Assembly: GCA_045106415.1 (NCBI GenBank)
Contig: JBGCEP010000008.1
Coordinates: 1 to 40,659 of the forward strand
DNA from: Oligoflexales bacterium
GTDB lineage: Bacteria > Bdellovibrionota_B > Oligoflexia > Oligoflexales > Bog-1112
Length of the DNA stretch: 40,659 nt
Direction: 5' to 3'
Part shown: positions 1 to 9,483 of the stretch, in pieces
Layout of the letters: each line of letters starts with the position of its first letter
Position numbering within the stretch: the first letter of the stretch is position 1
Translations under genes and position numbers: made by a program
The notes under the pieces: model-generated
What the model was told of the DNA's origin: nothing
The model's database searches: none
The model's input: the letters and a program-made list of their open reading frames with translations, nothing else

Positions 1-204
1 AGCAGCTTCAAGCTTTTATGGACTATTCAACGACTCAAGAAACCAGAATTGGGGTCGGGCGAGAGAGGGTCTTCCTTGGGCCAGAAAGTGAATCTTACAC
101 GTCAATCTGAATGTTTAAAGTTTCATTTAGAATCTTCTTCAGCTTCAGAATTTGAAGTTATTTGTCATGTAGGATCTGGCTTGAGTTTCAAAAGATGTAT
201 TTAA
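1..204 (+). CDS. Possible 3' end of a gene running in from the left edge (hypothetical)
   Basis: Frame +1 is open from base 1 to TAA at 202-204 (SSFKLLW...FKRCI*); no recognisable motif. Confidence 0.3.
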   Translation, partial: SSFKLLWTIQRLKKPELGSGERGSSLGQKVNLTRQSECLKFHLESSSASEFEVICHVGSGLSFKRCI

Positions 205-217
205 ATCCGAGCTGTTC

Positions 218-1050
218 ACAACTGCATTCTCTGCTCGCCATTATAGAATGATGCAGCCACCTTAAGAAAAAAGCGGCCTCATGATTCGAGTTCATAAAAT
301 TGCTTTAAATCCCAATAATAAACAAAGATCTTTCTTTGCAAAATCTGCAGAGATAGCTCGTTTTTCTTATAATTGAGGGACTTAAGCCGTTGGAAAGAAC
401 TCTATGAACTTGGTTTGGTGAAAGACCAAACGAGATGGGTTTACGCAAAGAGCTCAATACTATAAAAAAACTACAAAGATTTCAGCGTATCTGCAGTCGC
501 TGCAAAAACAGCTCTCGCAACAGACAAAAGATCAAAGAGAAACTGCAAAGATGTCATGCTGGCATCGCTGGCATACGCCAAGGCACCTTCCATGAACTCA
601 TGTTTCACCTTACTGATGCGTATGGTTGTATTGTTATTGAAGATCTTCACGTTAAAGGAATGACGAAGAACTCAAAACTGGCAACGTCTATATCAGATGT
701 GGTTTTTTATGAGCTTAGAAGACAATTCGAATACAAAGCGAAGATGAAAGGGCCTCAGGTTGTGACTATAGACTGTTTCTTTCATTCAACAAAGCTGTGC
801 TCATAGTTTTTGACTCGATATGACATTCAACTGCCTCAAATATTTTTGACATGCACAAACTGCTTTTCGCAGCATGATAGAGATATCAACGCTGCTTTAA
901 ATTTAAAGATGACCTTAAGCTGCGCGGTGTCAGTTTGTGGAGAAGAAAGCTCTGGCTTTTCTCATATGAGAACAATAAAACTATCTTCGTTGAAGAAAAA
1001 ATTTGATTTTAAATCTGCGTAGGTAGATCTAAGTAAATTCACAACAGCGA
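218..1050 (+). mobile_element. Decayed IS607-family element (tnpA C-terminal stub + tnpB pseudogene + right end)
   Basis: 218-284 reads TTAFSARHYRM/CSHLKKKAAS* (1-nt frameshift), resembling the IS607 serine-recombinase C-terminus ITVFSARLYG.RSHK; its TGA overlaps the tnpB ATG (ATGA 281-284); right boundary approximate. Confidence 0.7.
281..1022 (+). pseudogene. tnpB: TnpB (RNA-guided nuclease) pseudogene
   Basis: N-terminal MIRVHKIALNPNNKQRSFFAKSAEIARFSYN* (TGA 374-376 where W is expected), frameshifts, RuvC-II IVIEDLHVKGM, STKLCS*, Zn finger CTNC, RuvC-III HDRDINAALNL, tail AVSVCGEESSG; RuvC-I/WED segment missing. Confidence 0.9.
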
Positions 1051-1200
1051 TTTATTCCTTACAGTCTTCACGCAACAAAGCCTCAAATCACTCGTTGTAA
1101 ATTTATAAAAATTAAATCAGTGTTTATCATGATTTAAATTCAAAAAACTTTTCGAAATCATTATCTTCACATAGAATAGTAAAAAATTCAGGAGAGAGAA

Positions 1201-2160
1201 ATGACCGCAGAACGCCTATGCAACGACTTAAAGATTGCTCACCCTATTATCCAAGGTGGGATGGTTTGGGTCTCAGGTGCAAAACTTGCAGCAGCAGTTG
1301 CAAATGCTGGATGTTTAGGGGTTATTGGGGCGGGCTCGATGAGGCCTGAACTTCTCAAAACACATATCCAAAAAGCACAAAATCTTTTAAATAAAAACTG
1401 TCCTGGGCGATTAGCTGTCAATATCCCATTGCTATATAAATATACGGAAGAACACATCAACATCATTCTTTCTTCAGACATTAGAGTTATCATAACATCT
1501 GCTGGGAGCCCAAAAATATGGACGCAAAAGCTTCAAAAAAATGGTTGCTATGTTTTACACGTGACAAGTTCTCCTCGATTAGCTAAAAAATGTGAAGCAG
1601 CTGGTGTAAATGCGATTATAGCAGAAGGTTTTGAGGCAGGAGGCCATAACGGCAGAGAAGAAACATCAACGATGCCGCTCATCCCTTCTGTTGTTGATAC
1701 TGTTCGCATTCCTGTCATTGCAGCTGGTGGAATCTATAATGGCCGTGGAATTGCAGCTTCGCTAGCGTTAGGAGCTTCAGGAGTACAACTTGGATCACGG
1801 TTTGCAGCAACAAAAGAATCAAGCGCACATGATAATTTTAAAAATGCGATTCTAGAGAGTCAGTGGGGTGACACACAACTTTGTTTAAAATCAATTGTCC
1901 CTGTCCGACTTCTGAAAAATCCTTTTTCTGAAAAAGTGATCACACTTGAAAACAATGGGGGTACAAAAGAAAGTTTACAAAACCTCTTAAGCCACGGACG
2001 TGCTCGCAAAGGTATGTTAGAAGGAGACCTCATTGAAGGTGAACTGGAAATAGGACAAGTTTCTGGTGGCATTCACGATATACCAACAGTACATAACCTT
2101 GTTCAAAACTTACTTCAAGAATATAGAGAAAGTTACCAACGAATTCCTCAACACTTATGA
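1201..2160 (+). CDS. Nitronate monooxygenase / FabK-like enoyl-ACP reductase II family flavoprotein
   Basis: PIIQGGMVW, AEGFEAGGH, PVIAAGGI, GVQLGSRF, EIGQ motifs; RBS AGGAG upstream. Confidence 0.9.
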   Translation: MTAERLCNDLKIAHPIIQGGMVWVSGAKLAAAVANAGCLGVIGAGSMRPELLKTHIQKAQNLLNKNCPGRLAVNIPLLYKYTEEHINIILSSDIRVIITSAGSPKIWTQKLQKNGCYVLHVTSSPRLAKKCEAAGVNAIIAEGFEAGGHNGREETSTMPLIPSVVDTVRIPVIAAGGIYNGRGIAASLALGASGVQLGSRFAATKESSAHDNFKNAILESQWGDTQLCLKSIVPVRLLKNPFSEKVITLENNGGTKESLQNLLSHGRARKGMLEGDLIEGELEIGQVSGGIHDIPTVHNLVQNLLQEYRESYQRIPQHL

Positions 2161-2164
2161 AAAT

Positions 2165-2596
2165 CTAAAAAATGCATGATGGATTGCGAAAGCATTTAAA
2201 TTCAATGGCGTGACCTGAAGGATCTCTTAGAAACATCACTTTTTGTTCTTCTTGACAACCTTGATAACGGCATAAATCAAGTTCTAGAACTATCTTTTTA
2301 TCTAAAATTCTAAGCCTTAAAATCTCATAATCATGACTCTCTAAAATCACTCCAAAGTGTGGAAGAGGTACAGAAACACTTTCAACAGCACCTTCATTCA
2401 CAGACGGCATACATTTAGTTAGATCTAACAATTGATGTAAAGATACTTGATGACCAAAAAAATTAATATCAAACCATGAATCCGCATACCTTCCTCGCTC
2501 ACAACCTAAAGTATCACAATAAAAAACACGACTTTCTTCTAAGTTTTTTACACCGAAAGAAAAATGAAAAAAACATGATCGATCATTATGAGTCAT
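2165..2596 (-). CDS. VOC/glyoxalase family protein (extradiol dioxygenase-like)
   Basis: FHFSF, FYCDTLGC..GR, DINFFGHQVSLH, VPLPHFGVIL, MFLRDPSGHAIEFK. Confidence 0.88.
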   Translation of the reverse strand: MTHNDRSCFFHFSFGVKNLEESRVFYCDTLGCERGRYADSWFDINFFGHQVSLHQLLDLTKCMPSVNEGAVESVSVPLPHFGVILESHDYEILRLRILDKKIVLELDLCRYQGCQEEQKVMFLRDPSGHAIEFKCFRNPSCIF

Positions 2597-2675
2597 TAAA
2601 TTCTCCTTGTATTTATAGAAACTCAGAATTATGGTGGAGTGATATACATTATGATAAAAAGATATGAGGTTTTCA

Positions 2676-3839
2676 ATGTTAGATTACCAAAACACAGAGT
2701 ACGCCTACGCTCATATCAGCACATCTCAGTTAAAAAGAGAACGCTGGATTCTGCGACTTTTACAAAGTAAATCTCTTGTCCAATTTGGAAGTCGGATGAC
2801 TTTACAAGCTTTGAATTTAGGCCTCCCTGTTGAAAATATTTTACGTACAACCCTTTTTAAAAAATTCTGTGTCGGCGAAAATTTAGAGCAAGCAATCGAG
2901 CATTGTAAAACCATGAAAGATCTCGATATAGATATTTGTTATCATTATAGTATTGAAGGTTCTACATCTGAAGCTTTATCAGAACAAATTTTTAAAGAAA
3001 AAATGAAAATCCTCAGTCAGACAAAAGGTTTTGCTGCTCTTAAATGCACAGGAATTATCAACCCAATTATTCTAAGAAAAAAGCAACAAGGTTTAAATCT
3101 CACAACGGAAGAAAAAGCAAAATTCGAGGGTTTTAAAAATAGACTTTTTACCCTTGGAGATCGAGCTCAAGCGAGTCAATGCGCTCTTCAAATTGATGCA
3201 GAAGAAAGTTGGATTCAAGACATCATTGACGATCTTACTTTTCAAATGATGGTACAATACAACAAGAAAAAACCCGTCATCTATCAAACAGCACAGATGT
3301 ATCGCCATGACACACTTGCAAAGCTTCACAAATGGTATGAAGAATCAGAGCTTCAAAACTTCATTCTAGCTATTAAGCTTGTCCGTGGAGCGTACCATGA
3401 AAAAGAAAATCACTTTGCCGCGCAACATCAAATTGAAAGCGCCGTCCACCAACACAAAAAAGACACTGATAAAGATTATAATAACGCTTTAAAGTATTTA
3501 ATGACGACTCCAAAACTTACTGCCGTATTTGCAGGGACACACAATGAAGAATCTGTTACTTTATATACAAACCTTATAGATCAAACAAAACACACCATGG
3601 CTACGACGTCTCAACTATATGGAATGGCAGATCATTTAACATTTAATTGCCAAAAACAAGGGTACCCATCTTGTAAGTATGTTCCTTATGGTCCGATTCA
3701 AAAAGTTATCCCATATCTTATCCGCCGTGCAATAGAAAATTCATCTATTCAAGGAGAGATGAATCGAGAACTTCTTATGATAGAGACTGAATTGAAACGA
3801 CGTGAGCATGATAAAAAAAATCATGAACTTGCTTCCTAA
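2676..3839 (+). CDS. Monofunctional proline dehydrogenase
   Basis: IDAEESWIQ, QMYR, KLVRGAY, GTHN, QLYGM, KYVPYGP..V.PYLIRRAIEN; start moved to ATG 2676 behind GAGGT RBS. Confidence 0.9.
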   Translation: MLDYQNTEYAYAHISTSQLKRERWILRLLQSKSLVQFGSRMTLQALNLGLPVENILRTTLFKKFCVGENLEQAIEHCKTMKDLDIDICYHYSIEGSTSEALSEQIFKEKMKILSQTKGFAALKCTGIINPIILRKKQQGLNLTTEEKAKFEGFKNRLFTLGDRAQASQCALQIDAEESWIQDIIDDLTFQMMVQYNKKKPVIYQTAQMYRHDTLAKLHKWYEESELQNFILAIKLVRGAYHEKENHFAAQHQIESAVHQHKKDTDKDYNNALKYLMTTPKLTAVFAGTHNEESVTLYTNLIDQTKHTMATTSQLYGMADHLTFNCQKQGYPSCKYVPYGPIQKVIPYLIRRAIENSSIQGEMNRELLMIETELKRREHDKKNHELAS

Positions 3840-3882
3840 TTCAATTCTTCGTATCTTTGTTGTAAGTCAACTGGAGGTTTTC

Positions 3883-6057
3883 ATGAATGCTGTTCTCGCA
3901 TGTTTTCTCATGCTGGTTTCCAACACTTTATTTGCAGAACGTATTCAACTCACAGTGAAGGAAAAAGGCACAGGCAACCCTTTATCGCGAGCCGAAGTTC
4001 TGGTCAACGGAACTCCGTATTACACGAGCCCAAATGGGATCGTTGATGTCGACCTTAGTGACGATGCTATTATACAAATTTCTAAATTTCAGTTTGAGAG
4101 TATCAATCCTGACGTCAATGAACTCCGCACAGACAGTGAGATTTACCTTTACCCTAAAGCTGGTGATGATGAAATTGTCATTGTTGGAAAAAGAAGACCA
4201 GCAGCCAGTGAAAAAACAATTCGAATTGAAGAGGCAATAAAAGTCGCACCCAACGGCGATCCTGTCCAAGTCACAAAACTGCTTCCTGGTGTACAACAAG
4301 GTGGTTTTGACAATCGCGTCATCATTCGAGGCTCAGGCCCTGAGGACTCTCTTTATCTTATCGATAAAACTGATGTTCCTTTTATTTTCCACAGAGTGGC
4401 TGCGTTATCTATTTTACCCCCTCAGCTCATTGACGATGTTACATTTAATTCAGGTGGTTTCGGCGCTCAATACGGCCGTTCTACAGGAGGTGTTGTTGGG
4501 ATTAACACTCTTCGAGAAATACCAGACTATCCACAAACCGAATTCACGCTTAACATGCCTATATATGCTGGTTTCTGGCATGAAAAACCAATTGATGAAT
4601 CTTCAAGTATTTCAATTGGTGCACGACATAGCCTTTTACAATACATCGTACCCTCTGTTCTTAAGAGCGACCCTGATAATAACGGTATGACCATTGTTCC
4701 ATACTTTAACGACGCAAACACTCAATACTTCAAAAAACTTGATGACGGCCACATTCACCTTGGGTACTACTACTCTGCAGATGGCATCACAGCTGCATTC
4801 CCATCATCAATTGATGATGATGAAGACGGAAAGGTTTCACTTGATCTTTTGTCGTCATTTCACAACCTCGCCTTTGAAAGAAAAAAACGCCTCAATAGAG
4901 AGTGGAGCTACACTTATAATCCGAATGTGACTTATTTCGATCAAAAAACAAACTTTCTCGGAAACCGAGTCAATATCGCCGGAATTAATGCTGCTATACC
5001 TATAGAAATCACGCAACGAATCAGCCCAAAAGAAAAAGCTTGGTTTGGCATCGAACCACGATGGAGCTGGGTTGATCTTGATTTATTTGTGCCTCTTGTT
5101 GTACGAGATGACCCATTCTTTGATTTTGAAGAGGCCCCGAAAGCAGAGCTCAAAACGAAAGCCTACAGTCGATCCACAGGGATGTGGGCAGCAAGAGACT
5201 TTGCTTGGACACAGTGGACGATAACGCCAAGTCTTCGCATATCAGAAGCAAATACAATGAAAGACTTCGCTGTTGACCCACGGCTCCTTGTTCGATACCA
5301 ACAAACTCCTGAACATGAATGGAAATTAGCTTTAGGAAAATACTCGCAACAACCACAACCAGACGAGACCGATTCTATTTTTGGAAATCCGAATTTAACC
5401 TGGGAAAAAGCCATCCACAGTATCTTTGGCCTACACAGCAAATGGGGTGAATACTGGATCACTGATTTTCAAATCTTCCATAAAAATTTCAAAGATTGGG
5501 TGCGCTCTGGTGGATCTAGTAATTTTCAAAACAGCGGTTCAGGACAAAGCTATGGTTTTGAAACATTTATTCGTCGAAATTTAACAACACGTCTGTTCGG
5601 ATGGTTCTCATACACATATTCAAAAAACATACAAAAATCAAACCCTACAGCACAATCTTTTCCCGCAGAGTTTGATCAAACGCATGTTGCAGCTCTCACC
5701 GGAAGCTATAAAATGAGTGCTCATTGGGAACTGTCAGGACGACTTACATACAACACAGGTAACCCTTACACTCCAATTCGAGAAAGTGTCTACAACGCAA
5801 ACTTAAACAAATATCAGCCTAGACCTCGCTTAGGCGATACAAATTCTGAGAGACTCCCCTCTATTGGAAAGTTTTCGCTTGCTGCGACACATGACCTTTT
5901 ATGGGATGACTGGAAAATGCAGTTCCGCATCGGAGTTGAAGAACTGACAATCGGTCAAAGCGCTGAAGGTGTTTCGTACAACTATGACTACTCAAAGAAA
6001 ACATTCGTAGAAAATATTCCTGCTATCCCATTCATTGAGGTGAAAACAATCATATGA
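3883..6057 (+). CDS. TonB-dependent outer-membrane receptor with N-terminal carboxypeptidase-regulatory-like domain
   Basis: Signal peptide MNAVLACFLMLVSNTLFA after GGAGG RBS; plug motifs LPGV, IRGSG, GGFGAQYGRSTGGVV; barrel motifs DPRL, GNPNL, SYGFE, SYTYS. Confidence 0.88.
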   Translation: MNAVLACFLMLVSNTLFAERIQLTVKEKGTGNPLSRAEVLVNGTPYYTSPNGIVDVDLSDDAIIQISKFQFESINPDVNELRTDSEIYLYPKAGDDEIVIVGKRRPAASEKTIRIEEAIKVAPNGDPVQVTKLLPGVQQGGFDNRVIIRGSGPEDSLYLIDKTDVPFIFHRVAALSILPPQLIDDVTFNSGGFGAQYGRSTGGVVGINTLREIPDYPQTEFTLNMPIYAGFWHEKPIDESSSISIGARHSLLQYIVPSVLKSDPDNNGMTIVPYFNDANTQYFKKLDDGHIHLGYYYSADGITAAFPSSIDDDEDGKVSLDLLSSFHNLAFERKKRLNREWSYTYNPNVTYFDQKTNFLGNRVNIAGINAAIPIEITQRISPKEKAWFGIEPRWSWVDLDLFVPLVVRDDPFFDFEEAPKAELKTKAYSRSTGMWAARDFAWTQWTITPSLRISEANTMKDFAVDPRLLVRYQQTPEHEWKLALGKYSQQPQPDETDSIFGNPNLTWEKAIHSIFGLHSKWGEYWITDFQIFHKNFKDWVRSGGSSNFQNSGSGQSYGFETFIRRNLTTRLFGWFSYTYSKNIQKSNPTAQSFPAEFDQTHVAALTGSYKMSAHWELSGRLTYNTGNPYTPIRESVYNANLNKYQPRPRLGDTNSERLPSIGKFSLAATHDLLWDDWKMQFRIGVEELTIGQSAEGVSYNYDYSKKTFVENIPAIPFIEVKTII

Positions 6058-6779
6058 TCAAAACCATTTACTTCTCAATTTTTCTGTATCTACTCGCAGG
6101 ATGTGGCGACCAAGAAGATCGTTATGAAGTCATCACAAAGATGCGTGGCATTGGTGTACAGACATCACCATTCGCTCCTATCGCTTCGACATCGGATCTT
6201 CCCCAAACAGTAACACTCACTTTCTATATAGCAGCGCCTAAAGGCAGCTCTACTCCAACACAATTCGAAAATTATAACGACACAGGCTCTCCAACATCTC
6301 TGGTGACTCCTGCTTTAACACCAACTCTATCGAACACTCAATCACTTGGAAATCTCACGATATTTGAAATCACTGCTCAAACAGTGTTACCCACTGCAGA
6401 CAAACTTACTTTTAATGAGAAAGGAATTGCGACTCTACGCTATGGAATCAAAGCCACTCTTGATTCAGACGAAGAAATTATCGTCGGTAACATTCTTATC
6501 CATGCAGCAACATCTGAAGTCTTAAATTGGACAGCACATAGCGTTACAATAGAAAGCATTACGCCATCAACATCTTTCGATTTAAACGGCTCTATTGCCA
6601 ACGATAATGAAAAATATAAAATTTCATGGTGGGCACCTGCAGGAAAAATAAAGAATTCATCTGCACTAACTACAAAAATTGAAGAGCTACCGTCTGGCCC
6701 TCAAACTATTCTTTTCACAGCTCGTGGGATGACAAGCGGAAGTTTTGCTTGGATGACATCAGACATTGTTGTGCCTTAG
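6054..6779 (+). CDS. Lipoprotein partner of the TonB-dependent receptor (hypothetical)
   Basis: Lipobox LLAGC; ATGA overlap with the receptor stop codon. Confidence 0.75.
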   Translation: MIKTIYFSIFLYLLAGCGDQEDRYEVITKMRGIGVQTSPFAPIASTSDLPQTVTLTFYIAAPKGSSTPTQFENYNDTGSPTSLVTPALTPTLSNTQSLGNLTIFEITAQTVLPTADKLTFNEKGIATLRYGIKATLDSDEEIIVGNILIHAATSEVLNWTAHSVTIESITPSTSFDLNGSIANDNEKYKISWWAPAGKIKNSSALTTKIEELPSGPQTILFTARGMTSGSFAWMTSDIVVP

Positions 6780-6794
6780 CAACAAAGAGGTCAC

Positions 6795-7583
6795 ATGCGT
6801 TTCTTTCTTTCAAACCTCATAATGCCTCTTAACTTGTTCCTTATTCTCATTTTCATATCTTTTCTCTATACAAAAAATAAAAGATATTTCTCACACCTAA
6901 TCATAATCATGTTTATAGTTGTCTCAACACCAATTTTTACTCATTTAGTCCTACGACCTCTTGAAAGCAGTGCCTATCTTCTTTCTCAAAAAAACCATCC
7001 CACACACCATTCCAAAGCCATTGTAACTTTAGGTGGGGGGGCCTTAAATCATGGCATCTGGAGTCAACCTTCACTCGCTCCGGATGCTATGCTTCGCATA
7101 CAAAAATCTTTGGCTCTTCATCAGTCATCTCCTGATAAAACCTTATTTATCTTCAGCGGCGGCGGCTCTATTCTAGGAACAGATCTCGTAGAAGGTGACG
7201 CAACAAAAACACACCTCAATCGCCTTAATTATAAAAACTTCATTATCGAAAAAAAGTCTAAAACGACGTTTGAAAACGCTTTATATACTAAAAGACTTCT
7301 TGTTGATCAAAAACTTTGGCACCACGGCTTCCCCATCACTCTTGTCACTTCAGCTTTGCACTTAGTTCGTTCCACTCAAGTCTTTGAAGCTCAAGGGTTC
7401 CAAGTATATAGCCTTCCATCACACTACAAAACTTCTTCACAAATTTTATGGCTAGAGCCCAGCTCTTATATGCCAAATGCCAGGTCTCTAGCACTTTTAT
7501 CAGAGGCCTGGCACGAGTATATTGGTCTATTCGTTTATTGGATCAAAGGTCATTTTGATCCACAAATAACTACTCAACTTTAA
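6795..7583 (+). CDS. YdcF/ElyC (DUF218) family membrane protein
   Basis: Two N-terminal TM helices, IVTLGGG, IFSGG, SKTTFENA, LVTSALHL.RS, HEYIGL. Confidence 0.88.
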   Translation: MRFFLSNLIMPLNLFLILIFISFLYTKNKRYFSHLIIIMFIVVSTPIFTHLVLRPLESSAYLLSQKNHPTHHSKAIVTLGGGALNHGIWSQPSLAPDAMLRIQKSLALHQSSPDKTLFIFSGGGSILGTDLVEGDATKTHLNRLNYKNFIIEKKSKTTFENALYTKRLLVDQKLWHHGFPITLVTSALHLVRSTQVFEAQGFQVYSLPSHYKTSSQILWLEPSSYMPNARSLALLSEAWHEYIGLFVYWIKGHFDPQITTQL

Positions 7584-9387
7584 GCGTTTTCAATCCTGAC
7601 AGATCAGGGGCTTTCACACTCACAGCAGTTTCGACAACAGTGTCATGAAGGCTATAACCAGCAGCTTCTTTCGTTTTTGCTGTATCAATCACATACTTTC
7701 CTGTTGTCGTATCTTGTTTAACGCATTGTTGTGTAATGATACTTCCTGTTTGCGCCGTCACCCATGTATCTGCTAACGCAGCCATTGTTGCATCTGCAAT
7801 TGTGGGTTTCCACCATTTGGCATTTGAAGCCATTCCATTCACGCGAGTTTCTGTATTAAACAAAGGAGAGGCTGTTGCATCACAAATTTTTGTATGAAAA
7901 GAGCCATTTGCATCTGTCCCTATATCAAAACTGCATGTTTGCGTTCCTCCTCCAGAAGCCTGCGTCGAAAAAAATGGGTGATAAAAACCATTTGCAATCA
8001 ATTTCCCAGGTGTTTTTTCATAGATAGCTTTCCGGATACTGGTTGCATTATTTTGGGAAGAACCTGTTGCACCCGAAGTACCACAACCTTCTAAAGCTCC
8101 TGTGGTCGCATTTTTAGCCAAGCTAAAAATCATCCCTCTTGCATTCTCACTATAATTCCCACCTGGGTTCTGCCAATAGCTTGTCACACCTGTGTTGTCC
8201 TCAGGGTTCAAATGAAACGCGACATACATCATACCAGAAATCGCATCATTGCTATTTGCATATACCTGAGAGGTTGTTGGATTATAATAAGAACCATAAG
8301 ATTGCTGTGAAGATGAACCTTCAAATTGAGCTCCAACATTCAGATTAAGCACCCCTGATTCAAAGGCAGTAGCACCTAAATCTGACGCAATTTTAGCTCG
8401 GATCAACTCAGCCTGTAACGAGGGAGTTGCAGCACCCTCACCACTTCGAGCATAACGAATACTCAAGTAGTTATCACTTGGGCCTGTTCCAACTGCATTT
8501 GGAGATGCGACCTTTGTCCATAAAGTTCCAACATACCCTGTGTTAGTTTCATCTTGAGGTGAATGAACTAAATGCATTTCTTGAGTTACTGAAGAATTCT
8601 GACCATTTTCAAGAACACTTAAAGCCAAGACGACATCTGTTCTGTACACAGGGTGTCCATTTTCATCAGCTAAACGCTTAATACTTGCTATTGTGACACT
8701 TTGAGCTCGGCTCCCTAGCGCTGTCGCAACTTCCGTTCTTAAATCAAGAGTTTCTCCAACTCCAGGAAGATCCTCTGCAGTCCCAGATTTTTTAGCTTGG
8801 CACATCATACCCTGCACTAAACCCAATCCACGCTCAACCATAGTCTGAACGCCAGACACTTTCGAGCGCGCAAACGACACCAAACACGCTTCGTTATCAG
8901 TAGAGCTCACAGTTCCTGTCCTTGTCCCTAATGGGCCTTGAAAAGCACCGTACATCATCTCCTGATCAAACTCATAACATGTAATTTGTTCTTCTTTACG
9001 GTCATGTCCAAAAATGTCTCCTAGACACTCACCTCCGCCGGCTAAAATTTTATTTTCTTCTTCAATTTTTTCAGAAATTGTCTCTTTTGTAGGATCTGTT
9101 TCATCGGCTAACCGAAGAGTCGTTGAAGATGTCGCTTGAGGAAAAACTGATAATGACAAGCCGCCTGGATATGCTAAAGCTAGAGAATTACTATTGATAA
9201 CCTCAAGATGGCTGACGGTTTCAGTGTCATCACCTACTTCATCTGTCTGACTCCCTCCAGACCCCGCTTCGATTGGGTCTTCATCATCGTCCTCGTCTAA
9301 AGACGGAAGCCCGCATGATACAGCCATACAAACTGATAAAATCATTAGGATATACGGGTTCAAAAATGTGTTCTTATAAAGTTTCAT
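7570..9387 (-). CDS. Hypothetical 605-aa lipoprotein
   Basis: Lipobox AVSC, acidic linker, multiple Cys; no family recognised. Confidence 0.75.
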   Translation of the reverse strand: MKLYKNTFLNPYILMILSVCMAVSCGLPSLDEDDDEDPIEAGSGGSQTDEVGDDTETVSHLEVINSNSLALAYPGGLSLSVFPQATSSTTLRLADETDPTKETISEKIEEENKILAGGGECLGDIFGHDRKEEQITCYEFDQEMMYGAFQGPLGTRTGTVSSTDNEACLVSFARSKVSGVQTMVERGLGLVQGMMCQAKKSGTAEDLPGVGETLDLRTEVATALGSRAQSVTIASIKRLADENGHPVYRTDVVLALSVLENGQNSSVTQEMHLVHSPQDETNTGYVGTLWTKVASPNAVGTGPSDNYLSIRYARSGEGAATPSLQAELIRAKIASDLGATAFESGVLNLNVGAQFEGSSSQQSYGSYYNPTTSQVYANSNDAISGMMYVAFHLNPEDNTGVTSYWQNPGGNYSENARGMIFSLAKNATTGALEGCGTSGATGSSQNNATSIRKAIYEKTPGKLIANGFYHPFFSTQASGGGTQTCSFDIGTDANGSFHTKICDATASPLFNTETRVNGMASNAKWWKPTIADATMAALADTWVTAQTGSIITQQCVKQDTTTGKYVIDTAKTKEAAGYSLHDTVVETAVSVKAPDLSGLKTLKVE

Positions 9388-9422
9388 GCTCTAAGCCCCT
9401 AACAAAAGAAAAGACTCCTAAG

Positions 9423-9450
9423 GTATCGGGGCATAAATTCATAAAGTTTA
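9423..9450 (-). promoter_or_regulatory. sigma28/FliA-like promoter
   Basis: TAAA-N16-CCCGATAC about 36 nt upstream of ATG 9387. Confidence 0.5.
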
Positions 9451-9483
9451 AGTCTTAATCACAAAAGACACATAAAAACAAAA

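Noticed and set aside
374..376. TGA at a conserved Trp position (also near 38309) as evidence of genetic code 4/25
   Set aside because: Occurs only in decayed IS genes; intact genes use TGG for Trp and TGA as stop
435..1022. Active TnpB/Cas12f-like nuclease
   Set aside because: Premature stops, frameshifts and missing RuvC-I; no CRISPR repeats nearby
3802..3882. Upstream start extensions in the ORF track (also 2664, 14499, 17680, 19812, 21425, 22767, 26393, 32126, 32770, 36793)
   Set aside because: Downstream ATGs have better RBSs and/or give proper signal peptides
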